Shown in pieces: positions 1 to 9,731 of a DNA stretch of 64,000 nt. A model generated the notes under the pieces. The model made no database searches. It was not told the origin of the DNA and was given only the letters and a program-made list of their open reading frames with translations. The stretch is taken from NCBI GenBank assembly GCA_022840695.1, contig JALHDC010000002.1:91374-155373 (forward strand), read 5' to 3'. The position numbers were made by a program, and so were the translations under genes. This DNA comes from a bacterium. GTDB taxonomy: Bacteria > Patescibacteriota > Dojkabacteria > SC72. The first letter of the stretch is position 1, and each line of letters starts with the position of its first letter.

Positions 1-753
1 CATGAACAAACAGCAGTTGTAGGGTTATCAAACAAAATAGTTGGTAAATTTGCAAAAAAGATATTCATATCATTTCCTTCCTCTGAAAAGTATTTTTCAA
101 AAGACAAAGTTATTCATACTGGAAATCTACTTAGACAGGAAATCTTTAATAAAAGTGGATCTGGTCCAATAGTTGAATCTCTTAAGGAAATGATAGAAAT
201 ACAGGAAGAGTATCCCATTATATATATATCAGGAGGAAGTTTAGGATCTCATTGTATTAACACTACAGTAAAAGATGCACTCCAACCATTACTCCAAGAT
301 TATCAAATAGTCTTACAAACCGGTGATAATAAGACATTCAACGATTATGATTGTCTTAATAAAGAAAAAAGAAAATTAAGAGAAGATTTACAAAAAAGAC
401 TTCTTTTAGTTAAATATGTTCAAAACAACGAAATTGGATACCTATTAAACAATATAGACCTTTTTGTAGGAAGATCTGGTGCTAATACAGTATATGAAAT
501 GGGAATATTAAGAATACCTTCAATATTAATTCCAATACCTTGGGTTACTCATAATGAGCAAACTATGAATGCTCAAATTTTACAAAATGTTGGTTTAGCA
601 GAAATAATGAACGAAGGAGAATTGACTCCGGAACAATTAGTTATAAAGATAGGTAGTTTCTTGAAAAAAGAAAGGAATATAAATGACCAAATGTTAAAAG
701 ATATATTTAAGAAAGATGCTGATAGAAAAATTTTAGAATATTTACAACTTTAA
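1..753 (+). CDS. murG: UDP-N-acetylglucosamine--N-acetylmuramyl-(pentapeptide) pyrophosphoryl-undecaprenol N-acetylglucosamine transferase MurG, 5'-truncated by window edge
   Basis: Frame 1 is open from base 1. Glycosyltransferase C-terminal motifs GGSLGS and VGRSGANTVYE are present. Sits in a mur gene neighbourhood. Confidence 0.75.
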   Translation, partial: HEQTAVVGLSNKIVGKFAKKIFISFPSSEKYFSKDKVIHTGNLLRQEIFNKSGSGPIVESLKEMIEIQEEYPIIYISGGSLGSHCINTTVKDALQPLLQDYQIVLQTGDNKTFNDYDCLNKEKRKLREDLQKRLLLVKYVQNNEIGYLLNNIDLFVGRSGANTVYEMGILRIPSILIPIPWVTHNEQTMNAQILQNVGLAEIMNEGELTPEQLVIKIGSFLKKERNINDQMLKDIFKKDADRKILEYLQL

Positions 754-770
754 TTTATTAAAAACCAATT

Positions 771-2063
771 ATGTCAGACCTATTAGTTAGAGGTGGAAAT
801 CAACTTAGAGGAGAGGTAACACCAGCAGGAAACAAAAATTCAGCTCTTCCAATATTATGTGCAACTCTATTAACAAATGAAACTGTTACAATAAAGAACT
901 TTCCTGATTTAACTGATGTTACAAAATTAATAGAATTAATGATTTCAATGGGTTCAAAAATTAAATGGAACAAAGAGAAGAATATCCTCACTATAAATAA
1001 TTCAGATTTTAAAAATAACTTCGGAGATGAAGGATTTCCTCTAGGGATGAGAGGAGCAATTCTTTTGCTTGGTCCCCTTATTTCTAGAATGAAAAGTATA
1101 GAGGTTAAAGAAGAAATAGGTGGATGTTCTCTTGGAATCAGAGAATTAGATCCACATCTGGAAGTTTTTGAAGCATTAGGAGCCAAGATTAGTAATAATG
1201 GAACATTAAAAATAGATGTAAAAGATAAGTTGAAAGGAGGTTTCCTTTGGCAAGATTATATGAGTGTCACTACTACTGAAAATTTTGTAATGGCTGCAGT
1301 AAAAGCTAATGGTGTTTCAACAATGGTAAATGCTGCTTCTGAACCTCATGTTCAAGATCTATGTAATATTTTAATTTCAATGGGAGCTAAAATAGAGGGG
1401 ATTGGTTCTTCAAAACTAGTTGTGACAGGAGTAGAAGAGTTACACGGGACAGAATTTACAATAACATCTGATCATCATGAAATAACAACCTTGCTTGCAC
1501 TTGCTGCAATGACAAATGGAAATATAAAAGTAAATAATTCAATAAAAGAGCATTTTCCACTGATAAATAAAACTTTTTCAAAGTTTAATGTTAATATTAA
1601 ATATGAAGGAGATACTGCAATAGTAAAAGATGTTGAGAAACTTAAGATAAAAGAACCTTATACAAAAAATCTATTGCAGAAATTAGAGGCAGCACCATGG
1701 CCATATTTTCCAACAGATCTAATGCCCTTAATGATTGCATTGGCTGTCAAATCTGATGGTAGTATGATGTTTTGGAATAAATTATACGAAGGGGGCTTCT
1801 TTTGGATCCCAGAAATGATAAAATTTGGAGCACATATTGTAATGTGCGATCCACACAGAATAATAGTCTTTGGAAATAAACCTCTAAGGGCAGCCTCTGT
1901 AGATGCTCCTAACATTATTAGAGCAACAGTAGCACTACTAATGGTAGCTCTTACAATAGAAGGAGAATCAGTAATTAAGAATGCAGATACTATAAAAAGG
2001 GCACACCCTAATTTTATAGAAAATCTAAATAAGTTGGGTGCAAATTTAAAATGGATAAATTAG
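771..2063 (+). CDS. murA: UDP-N-acetylglucosamine 1-carboxyvinyltransferase MurA
   Basis: 430 aa. N-terminus LVRGGNQLRGEVTPAGNKNSALPILCA and active-site Cys loop GGCSLGIRELDPH match MurA. Confidence 0.9.
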   Translation: MSDLLVRGGNQLRGEVTPAGNKNSALPILCATLLTNETVTIKNFPDLTDVTKLIELMISMGSKIKWNKEKNILTINNSDFKNNFGDEGFPLGMRGAILLLGPLISRMKSIEVKEEIGGCSLGIRELDPHLEVFEALGAKISNNGTLKIDVKDKLKGGFLWQDYMSVTTTENFVMAAVKANGVSTMVNAASEPHVQDLCNILISMGAKIEGIGSSKLVVTGVEELHGTEFTITSDHHEITTLLALAAMTNGNIKVNNSIKEHFPLINKTFSKFNVNIKYEGDTAIVKDVEKLKIKEPYTKNLLQKLEAAPWPYFPTDLMPLMIALAVKSDGSMMFWNKLYEGGFFWIPEMIKFGAHIVMCDPHRIIVFGNKPLRAASVDAPNIIRATVALLMVALTIEGESVIKNADTIKRAHPNFIENLNKLGANLKWIN

Positions 2064-2863
2064 AAAAAGAAATAGAAAATATGAAGAATCCAACAGAAAC
2101 ATTTCAAACCCAATTTGATCCTAGATTACCTACTATGTTAAAAAGGACAACTTGTGGAATTGCTAGCCTATACTCTGGCCTTAAATATCTTGGTCATGAA
2201 GTAGGGGACTTTCCAGATTTCGCAATGAAATACATAGGTTCAAATAAGTTTAATGTACCAACATATACTGCAAATCTTTCTCATAATCAGAAAGATTTCA
2301 AAGTACCCATTCTTTATAATCCTCAAGATACTCCAGAAACTTTAGATTTAGCTTCTAATATAGCAACAAAGTTCAATAATGGTGGAATAACTAAAATAGA
2401 AAGAACACATACACCAGATGAAGAAATGAATTTAGCATTTACTATATCTAATGGTTTTGATCACAGAGGAGTCAATCCATTCTTAAAACAATTGAATTTA
2501 CCTCTAAGTGCGAAATTAGTTGAAACCAATGAATTACCACAAAGCCTTACAGAACAAGATAATTCGGTTATATTAGCATCAGTAGAGCATAAATACTTAG
2601 GATATCCTGCACATGCTCAAATACCAACAGAACATATTACGACTCATATTATTACCATATACAACATTTCTAAAATCGGAAATACCACAGTTGCGACATT
2701 TTCCGATCCAGCATTCCTTGATCCACAAGATGCAATACAGGTAAGATCTGTCGATTTTCTTAAAAATTGCCTAATCAAATCTACAATTATATCAGGCTTA
2801 CCTAACAATTCATCTACAGGCAACCAAGCTTTTTCAGAAAATCAGGAACTTGGTACAATTTAA
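2051..2863 (+). CDS. hypothetical protein, possible C39-like cysteine peptidase domain
   Basis: 270 aa ORF overlapping the murA stop by 13 nt. TTCGIASLYSGLKYLGH resembles the Cys region of Peptidase_C39_2-like domains. Weak. Confidence 0.45.
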   Translation: MDKLEKEIENMKNPTETFQTQFDPRLPTMLKRTTCGIASLYSGLKYLGHEVGDFPDFAMKYIGSNKFNVPTYTANLSHNQKDFKVPILYNPQDTPETLDLASNIATKFNNGGITKIERTHTPDEEMNLAFTISNGFDHRGVNPFLKQLNLPLSAKLVETNELPQSLTEQDNSVILASVEHKYLGYPAHAQIPTEHITTHIITIYNISKIGNTTVATFSDPAFLDPQDAIQVRSVDFLKNCLIKSTIISGLPNNSSTGNQAFSENQELGTI

Positions 2864-4256
2864 TACTGTTACTGGACTTAAGTAATATAGCAACCTTTCT
2901 ATTCTTTAATGTAGGTAGCTTATTATTCAACATTGCCGCTACTTCATCCGCAGATTCTAACTTTTCTCCAACACAAAATGATTCAAACATCTCTCCAACA
3001 TAATATATTTCATCAAAGCTATACTGCTTAACCAATTCTCCAATCTCCCTATGTTTCTGCTCTGATACTGAACCCAATTCTTTCATATCTCCTAAAACAA
3101 CAATTCTATGATACTCAGATGAAGGATATAGCTCATTAAAAGTTTTTAGTGACATCTCCATTGAAGTTGGATTTGCATTATATGCATCATTTACTATGCT
3201 TACATTTTCACCATACTGTAATCTTTCAAATCTTCCATTTACATTTTCAAAAAGTTCAACCATCTTTACACAATTATCCATACTAACTCCAAGAAGATTA
3301 GCAGCTATGATAGCAGCCATAGCATTATATACATATCCTTCTCCATAAACCTTAAGATTTACAGGCACTGTATTATCATAATATTTAAATACAAAGTGAG
3401 TACCAGATAAATCAACTTTAATATCTGATATTTGATAATTTGCATCAGTATGTCTACCAAAGGTAATTAATTGAGAATCTTTATTATACCCATCCTTTAT
3501 TCTTACCAATCTTTCATCATCAATATTTAATATTAATGGCTTTCCAGTTTTTTCCATATAATCAGCTAAATTCTTTTTTTCCTGATATATACTCTCTATA
3601 TCTCCAACTTTTTCAGCATGAACATGCCCAATATTTAACAATATTCCTATATCTGGATCTACAGAATTTACATGCCAAGAAATTTCTCCTTTTCTATCCA
3701 TACCACACTCTAAAACTATCGCATCTTCATCTTCGTACTGACTTAACAAAACAGCATTTCCCCAAACAGTATTTGTCTTTTCAGAATGTAAAACTTTTTT
3801 TTCACTCTTTAAAATATTTATTAACATACCTTTTGTTGTTGTTTTTCCAGTACTACCTGTTATTGCAACAACAGGGGCTGTAATAGGGGATAGGGCATAG
3901 TTTAAAACTTTCTCAAGTCCTTCCTCTATAGAATCAACCAATATTAAAGGTCTATTTAGTTCTCCAAGTTTATTAAATTTAGCATTCTCACAAAATGCCA
4001 TAGCTGCTCCATTTGCAATAGCATCCTCTATGAAATCATGTCCATCAAACTTCTCACCAACAATAGGGATATAAAAGTCTCCCTCCTTAATACTCCTACT
4101 ATCATGACTAAATCCTGTAAAAAAAGCATTTTCATCATAATTTCTAAACTCGAATTCTGGATATCTTTCCTTAATCTCTTTCAAATATATTTTCATCTTT
4201 TCTAGTACTAAATTTATTCCTCTCTCTAATATATTAGTTATTAAATATATTTTCAA
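2814..4256 (-). CDS. murF: Mur ligase, probably UDP-MurNAc-tripeptide--D-Ala-D-Ala ligase MurF (start ambiguous; a second MKIYL start lies 66 nt downstream)
   Basis: P-loop ITGSTGKTTTKGML. N-terminal DSRSIKEGDFYIPIVGEKFDGHDFIEDAIANGAA is MurF-like. MurE not excluded. Confidence 0.7.
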   Translation of the reverse strand: MKIYLITNILERGINLVLEKMKIYLKEIKERYPEFEFRNYDENAFFTGFSHDSRSIKEGDFYIPIVGEKFDGHDFIEDAIANGAAMAFCENAKFNKLGELNRPLILVDSIEEGLEKVLNYALSPITAPVVAITGSTGKTTTKGMLINILKSEKKVLHSEKTNTVWGNAVLLSQYEDEDAIVLECGMDRKGEISWHVNSVDPDIGILLNIGHVHAEKVGDIESIYQEKKNLADYMEKTGKPLILNIDDERLVRIKDGYNKDSQLITFGRHTDANYQISDIKVDLSGTHFVFKYYDNTVPVNLKVYGEGYVYNAMAAIIAANLLGVSMDNCVKMVELFENVNGRFERLQYGENVSIVNDAYNANPTSMEMSLKTFNELYPSSEYHRIVVLGDMKELGSVSEQKHREIGELVKQYSFDEIYYVGEMFESFCVGEKLESADEVAAMLNNKLPTLKNRKVAILLKSSNSIKLYQVPDFLKKLGCL

Positions 4257-4400
4257 TAATAATAGCTATCGGTTCTTGAATCTTTTTTGTACTCAATTTA
4301 GATCATTTCCTATTATTTCAACACAATATTGTATCCTAGAGAATTATATTTGAGCCTGTAGTGATTTTCACTTGACCTAAGTACACAGCAATGTTAAATT

Positions 4401-4435
4401 AGTGGCAAGAAGTGGTAAAAAGTGGTGAAAGGTGA
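4401..4435 (+). promoter_or_regulatory. MraZ-box-like operator: four GTGG/GTGA direct repeats with exact 10-bp phasing, 13 bp upstream of mraZ
   Basis: aGTGGcaaga aGTGGtaaaa aGTGGtgaaa gGTGAtat. Resembles the phased TGGGN repeats bound by MraZ in other bacteria. Confidence 0.5.
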
Positions 4436-4447
4436 TATATTAAAAAC

Positions 4448-4891
4448 ATGCTAATAGGGGAATACAAAAGCAAAATAGGAGAAAAGAAAAGAGTATCACT
4501 TCCAAAGAAATTTAGAGAGGAATTAGGTAATAATCTAATTCTTACAAGAGGATATGAAGATGCATTAATAATAGTAAATGAGAAATTGTGGAAAAAGATA
4601 GCGACAGAGGTGATAAATGGCTCTTTTATAAATAAAGATATCAGAGATACAAGTAGATTCTTAGTAGGAAGTGCAAAAGAAATCTCAACAGATGAACAAG
4701 GTAGATTTGTAATACCTGAGTCTCTTTTTGAACATGCAAATTTAGATAAAGAAATAGTATTTATTGGATTGGTAAATTGGGTAGAAGTTTGGGATAAAGA
4801 GAAATGGAATGAAAGAGTGGAGTATTTAAAGACTCACGGAGAAGAGATTGCACAAGAGATTAGTAAAATGAGTAGGAAAGAGAATGAATAA
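4448..4891 (+). CDS. mraZ: transcriptional regulator MraZ
   Basis: 147 aa. Duplicated SpoVT/AbrB-like halves. First gene of the dcw cluster, upstream of rsmH. Confidence 0.85.
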   Translation: MLIGEYKSKIGEKKRVSLPKKFREELGNNLILTRGYEDALIIVNEKLWKKIATEVINGSFINKDIRDTSRFLVGSAKEISTDEQGRFVIPESLFEHANLDKEIVFIGLVNWVEVWDKEKWNERVEYLKTHGEEIAQEISKMSRKENE

Positions 4892-5771
4892 AATACATAT
4901 TCCAGTATTGCTAAAAGAATCCATTGATTCACTTAATATACAAAAGGATGAATTTTACATTGATTGTACATTAGGAGATGGAGGACATAGTGTAGAAATA
5001 CTAAAAAACCTTTCAAAAGATGGCCTATTACTAAGTCTAGATCATGATCAATATGCAATTGATTTTGCCAAAGAATACTATCCTAAAGAAGTAACTCAGG
5101 GTAATTGGATGATTAAAAAGGCAAATTTTAAAGATATTAAGACTTGTGCAAAAGAGGTTGGAAGAAATCCAAAAGGTATACTCATAGATTTAGGATTGTC
5201 ATCAAGACAGTTAGAGGATTCTCACAACAGAGGATTTAGTTACCAAGAAGCAGACGAACCACTAGATATGAGAATGGATCAAGATTTGGGTGTAAGTGCC
5301 AAGGATTTACTAAATGTATTACCGGAGAAAGAGCTCGGAAACCTATTTCATACCTATGGAGAAGAGAAATATGCTTACAGAATAGCTAAGAATATTAAGA
5401 AAAACATATCTGATATCAATACAGTTGGAGATCTCACACGGCTTATCTACAAAGTAGTGCCGGCTGTTAACTCAAACAAGAACCCTTCTCGCAGGGTCTT
5501 TCAGGCCCTGCGAATCGTGGTAAACGATGAGTTAAACAACCTTTCAAAAGTCTTAGATGAGTCGTTTGAGATCTTACAAAAAGAAGGAAGAATATCAATA
5601 ATATCTTTCCATTCTTTAGAAGATCGAATAGTTAAAAACTATTTCTTTGAAAAACAGGGAAGCGGAGAAGGGGAATTGCTTTTTAAAAGTCATATTGCCC
5701 CAACCGACGACGAAAAAGAGCAGAATCCTAGATCCGCTTCCGCCAAGTTAAGAACATTAATTAAAAAATAG
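4884..5771 (+). CDS. rsmH: 16S rRNA (cytosine1402-N4)-methyltransferase RsmH (MraW)
   Basis: 295 aa with motifs DCTLGDGGHS and FHSLEDRIVK. Position after mraZ. Confidence 0.9.
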   Translation: MNKIHIPVLLKESIDSLNIQKDEFYIDCTLGDGGHSVEILKNLSKDGLLLSLDHDQYAIDFAKEYYPKEVTQGNWMIKKANFKDIKTCAKEVGRNPKGILIDLGLSSRQLEDSHNRGFSYQEADEPLDMRMDQDLGVSAKDLLNVLPEKELGNLFHTYGEEKYAYRIAKNIKKNISDINTVGDLTRLIYKVVPAVNSNKNPSRRVFQALRIVVNDELNNLSKVLDESFEILQKEGRISIISFHSLEDRIVKNYFFEKQGSGEGELLFKSHIAPTDDEKEQNPRSASAKLRTLIKK

Positions 5772-5778
5772 TACTAGA

Positions 5779-6084
5779 ATGACCAGATCAACAAAAAAAC
5801 AAAATACAACATTAACAATATTTCTATTCACATTGTTCATATTTACACTTTCACAGCTTTTCATAAACTCTATACTAAGTCCATTAGGTATAGAATTACA
5901 AAGTTTAAACAGGGAGAAAAACTATCTAGTTGAAGAAAACAGATCAATGGAGGAGCAAATAGCAAAAACTAATTCCATTACTGTCATTAAAAAGCTAGCA
6001 GATAAAGAATTAAATATATCCTCATCTTCTGAGAAAACAATCATTTACATAGAAGACAGAAGTATAATAGCCGAAAGACAGTAA
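5779..6084 (+). CDS. FtsL-like cell division protein (single TM plus coiled coil)
   Basis: 101 aa with one hydrophobic helix. Position between rsmH and ftsI. Stop overlaps the ftsI start (TAATG). Confidence 0.5.
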   Translation: MTRSTKKQNTTLTIFLFTLFIFTLSQLFINSILSPLGIELQSLNREKNYLVEENRSMEEQIAKTNSITVIKKLADKELNISSSSEKTIIYIEDRSIIAERQ

Positions 6085-7916
6085 TGCCTAGTCTTAACCA
6101 TTTCCATTCAAAAAGAAAAGGTTCTAAAGTTTCAAAAAGTAATAAATCTAATTATAACAATATACTACTTGTTGGTTATGGCATTACTTTACTAGCTGCT
6201 ATATTAATATTTCAGATTTTCAGATGGCAAGTTATATTCGCAGAAAAATTCAAGAATATGGCAGAAGGCCAATACAAGACTAGTCAGATTCAAGTTGCAC
6301 CTAGAGGTACTATAACAGCAGCAGATGGAACTGTACTAGCAGTAGATGAGCCGGTATGGAACATCTATGCTACACTTAGTACGAATGAGGAAGAAAGAGA
6401 AAGATTCTTTGAAAATAAAGATAAATTTGTTACAGAGGTAGCTTCAATCTTAAATGTTGAAAGGAGTGAGATAGAATCAAAAATAGATGATGATTTTGTT
6501 TATGCACCCTTAAAAAAGCAGGTGTCCACAGAAAAAAAGAAAGCATTAGAACAAGCAGAAATATTCGGAGAAGGAACAGCAGGATTTGGTCTATATTTTG
6601 AAAATGAAGAGAAAAGAGTATATCCAAATAATACACTGGCATCACATGTACTAGGATTTATTGGAAAAGATGAAAAGGGAGATTTAGTTGGTCAATACGG
6701 TATACAAGGATACTATTATGGAGATATTACTGGAAGAGAAGGATATTCGTATGAGGAAAAAGATTCTTCAGGAAATGTAATATTAACAGCAGAATATGAA
6801 CCAATACTTCCTAGAGAGGGAAAAGATTTCAAGTTAACCATAGTTCCTAATATACAAACAAAAGTAGAGGAAATACTTGAAGAGGGAGTGAAGAATAGTA
6901 GGGCAAAGAGCGGTTCTGCAATCATCATGGATCCCAAAACTGGAGCAATATTGGCAATGGCCAATTATCCAGCATATGATCCCAACGAGTATTGGAGAGC
7001 ATCAGAAGCATGGATTTTGAAAAATCGTGCAGTATCAGATGTATATGAATACGGATCTGTACAGAAACCAATAACCTTAGCTATAGCTCTGGAAAATGGT
7101 GTCATAAACAAAGATTATATTTGTAATGATAGCAAAGGGTATATGGATCTTTTTGAAGCTACTGGATATGCAGACTTAAAAGGGAAAAGAATATATACAT
7201 GGAATAGAAGAGCTGCAGGAATACTGGATATTGCTGGCATATTTAAAGAATCAAACAACCCATGTACTGCAGAAATAGCACTTAAAATGGATTTTAATGA
7301 ATTCTATTCTGCCCTTAAAGAGTTTGGGATAGGAGAGTTCATAGGTATAGGGTTACAGGAGGAGAGTAGTAGCTATATAAAAAGTAAAGAATTATGGACC
7401 AAATTAGACACAATAACTACCTCGTACGGACAGGGTGGTATATCAGCTACATCTTTACAGGTGCTTTCTGCATTAAGTACATTTGCTAATGATGGAGTAC
7501 GAATGAGGCCATACATAATTTCAGAGATTAAGGATGAGAAAGAAACTATAGAAATAAAACCTCAAATACTTTCAACACCTGTTTCTAAAGAAACTTCACA
7601 AATAATAAGAGATGCATTGGTAAAAGCAGTAAAGCATAATTCTTTAAGTGCAAATGCACTACCTTTAATGGAATATGAAATAGCTGCAAAAACAGGTACT
7701 GCTCAAATTTTAATGGAAGAAGTAGGAGGATATAGTGAAAAATTCTCTAACGATACGGTCGTAGGATTTGCTCCTGCTAATAATCCTAAAATGATAATGT
7801 TAGTTAAGCTACAGGAACCAAAGAATGCTGGCTTTGCAACATTGACCACTGTACCAATATGGAGAGATATATTCTTAGCAATAGCAGATGATATGGAAAT
7901 ACAGAAGCAAAATTGA
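6084..7916 (+). CDS. ftsI: penicillin-binding protein 2/FtsI-type transpeptidase
   Basis: 610 aa. N-terminal TM, SxxK (SVQKP) and KTG (KTGTAQ) motifs. dcw position. Confidence 0.85.
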   Translation: MPSLNHFHSKRKGSKVSKSNKSNYNNILLVGYGITLLAAILIFQIFRWQVIFAEKFKNMAEGQYKTSQIQVAPRGTITAADGTVLAVDEPVWNIYATLSTNEEERERFFENKDKFVTEVASILNVERSEIESKIDDDFVYAPLKKQVSTEKKKALEQAEIFGEGTAGFGLYFENEEKRVYPNNTLASHVLGFIGKDEKGDLVGQYGIQGYYYGDITGREGYSYEEKDSSGNVILTAEYEPILPREGKDFKLTIVPNIQTKVEEILEEGVKNSRAKSGSAIIMDPKTGAILAMANYPAYDPNEYWRASEAWILKNRAVSDVYEYGSVQKPITLAIALENGVINKDYICNDSKGYMDLFEATGYADLKGKRIYTWNRRAAGILDIAGIFKESNNPCTAEIALKMDFNEFYSALKEFGIGEFIGIGLQEESSSYIKSKELWTKLDTITTSYGQGGISATSLQVLSALSTFANDGVRMRPYIISEIKDEKETIEIKPQILSTPVSKETSQIIRDALVKAVKHNSLSANALPLMEYEIAAKTGTAQILMEEVGGYSEKFSNDTVVGFAPANNPKMIMLVKLQEPKNAGFATLTTVPIWRDIFLAIADDMEIQKQN

Positions 7917-7957
7917 GATAATGTTTATGTAATATATTAAATTTAGAAATTTAATCA

Positions 7958-8986
7958 ATGTCTGAAATACTGAAACAAAGTCTACAATACCTATTTCTAA
8001 CCATTATTGTTTCTTCTATATTTGCTCCAATAATGATCTCCATTCTTTACAAATTTAATCAAGTAAGTGGAATAAAAAGATCAAAGATAGGAGCAGGAGA
8101 AGGAGATAACACTTTGTTTATGAAGATAATGAAATCAGCAACTACAAATGGAACCCCTAACATGGGAGGAATTTTAATATGGATAGTTGTACCATTAATG
8201 GTATTACTATTAGTTCCATTAACACCAATTATTAAGGTATTTCTTTTTGGCTTTATTCTTTTTGGTTTTTGGGGATTCATAGATGTAGTAGTATTTACAA
8301 ATGGATTTAAACATAATGAAAAAATAAGAGCATTTCAGGAAACATTTGAATGGAGGATGGGGAAGTTAACATTTTCCATACTGTTAAATATTCTCGTTAT
8401 GTATTTCCTCTTTAGGACAAACCTATTCACCTCAATATCTATTCTAGATCTGCTATATATAAATATAACTCCGATACTTTTAATTTTTATGGGAGCTATT
8501 GGTCAATTTGCCATATATGCAGCAGAATTAACAGACGGAGCAGATGGTTTAATGATTGGCATATTTACAATCATTAATTTCGCAATGATTCTTCTTTTGA
8601 CAGTCCAACAACAGTATGAGTTTCTGCCAATACTCTGCATAATTCTAGGAGTACAAATAATAGATCTATACTTCAATATACCACCAGCCAGGTTCTGGAA
8701 TGGAGGTCCAGGAGCTATGCCACTGGGCTATACAATGTTTTTTGTTGCATTGGTAACAGATAATATCCCAGCATATCTTCTAATGTCTTCAATAACATGG
8801 TTAATAATGGCATCGAGTGCAATCCAAATAATAAGTATGAAATTTTTTAATAAAAGAGTCTTTAAAATTGCACCAATACATCACCATTTTCAAGCGAATG
8901 GATGGCCTCAATACAAAGTAACAATGAGATTTTGGCTGTTCACAGTACTTACAAGTATTATAGGAATATATATCGGTCTACTATAA
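7958..8986 (+). CDS. mraY: phospho-N-acetylmuramoyl-pentapeptide-transferase MraY
   Basis: 342 aa polytopic membrane protein with TPNMGG and APIHHHFQANGW motifs. Confidence 0.85.
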   Translation: MSEILKQSLQYLFLTIIVSSIFAPIMISILYKFNQVSGIKRSKIGAGEGDNTLFMKIMKSATTNGTPNMGGILIWIVVPLMVLLLVPLTPIIKVFLFGFILFGFWGFIDVVVFTNGFKHNEKIRAFQETFEWRMGKLTFSILLNILVMYFLFRTNLFTSISILDLLYINITPILLIFMGAIGQFAIYAAELTDGADGLMIGIFTIINFAMILLLTVQQQYEFLPILCIILGVQIIDLYFNIPPARFWNGGPGAMPLGYTMFFVALVTDNIPAYLLMSSITWLIMASSAIQIISMKFFNKRVFKIAPIHHHFQANGWPQYKVTMRFWLFTVLTSIIGIYIGLL

Positions 8987-9691
8987 CTCTTCACAAGAGA
9001 TATCAGGACCTTCGCATGTACAAAGTTCTTGCTTCTCAGAGTTTTTAAATACCTCTCCCTGAGCATACAATTTACCCTTAACAAAGCATGTATTTAAATC
9101 ATATATTTGACCACTCTCACCTTGATAAAGAACAATAAACTCTTCTACATCTCCAATATTAAAATTTGATATCTGAAAATCATTGCTTATTACACAAACC
9201 CTACTATACAAACTCTCATCTCTATTTGTAATTGTAGTAAATATCAAGCTGTCATCTTTCCTCTCATACATACCAACCTGTGCAGGTGCTAATCCATCTT
9301 CCCCACACAAAGCCTCTCTATGTAGAGTAAATTTTATACTGCTATCCCTTTGATCGATATCTTCCAATGATATCTTATTCAGATCAGGATCGTTCTTTTC
9401 TAGAAAATTAATAAATGAATATGAAAAAGATAGAGCAGATGATGAAAAAGATTCATATGTCATACCAGCCTGCTCACTCTCACACAATATTTCCCCACTT
9501 TTAGAACAGTAACAGTCATTCCTCCCTTGATAATTCACTATCTGTTCACCTTCCAAATATTCAATTCCATCATAATTGCACTCTCCTAAACCTAAACTCT
9601 TTCTGTTATTAACAAAAAACAGAACCACTGAGGCTATTAATAGACAGAATGTAATTAACAATAACCAATTCTTTTGTTTTACCTTACCCAT
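8981..9691 (-). CDS. hypothetical secreted/membrane-anchored Cys-rich protein
   Basis: 236 aa. N-terminal hydrophobic anchor and many Cys residues. No recognised domain. Confidence 0.5.
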   Translation of the reverse strand: MGKVKQKNWLLLITFCLLIASVVLFFVNNRKSLGLGECNYDGIEYLEGEQIVNYQGRNDCYCSKSGEILCESEQAGMTYESFSSSALSFSYSFINFLEKNDPDLNKISLEDIDQRDSSIKFTLHREALCGEDGLAPAQVGMYERKDDSLIFTTITNRDESLYSRVCVISNDFQISNFNIGDVEEFIVLYQGESGQIYDLNTCFVKGKLYAQGEVFKNSEKQELCTCEGPDISCEEL

Positions 9692-9731
9692 GACGACATA
9701 TATTTTACCACATTTATGCTAGAATCAATCT

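Noticed and set aside
800-1186. Antisense or embedded ORFs from the six-frame track that lie inside well-supported genes (also 1658-1915, 3536-3883, 6430-6645, 6716-6964, 11512-11874, 16234-16863, 20819-21124, 21055-21381, 22671-23138, 35266-35640, 36579-37052, 52631-52942, 59009-59350, 61225-61677 and others)
   Set aside because: Each overlaps a strongly supported gene on the other strand or frame. They have low-complexity composition typical of AT-rich antisense reading and no recognisable motifs.
4190-4256. Duplicated MKIYL start (ATGAAAATATATTT twice, 66 nt apart) at the murF 5' end as a possible insertion or duplication
   Set aside because: Most simply explained as start-codon ambiguity or a short local duplication. 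There are no repeats or mobile-element signatures around it.
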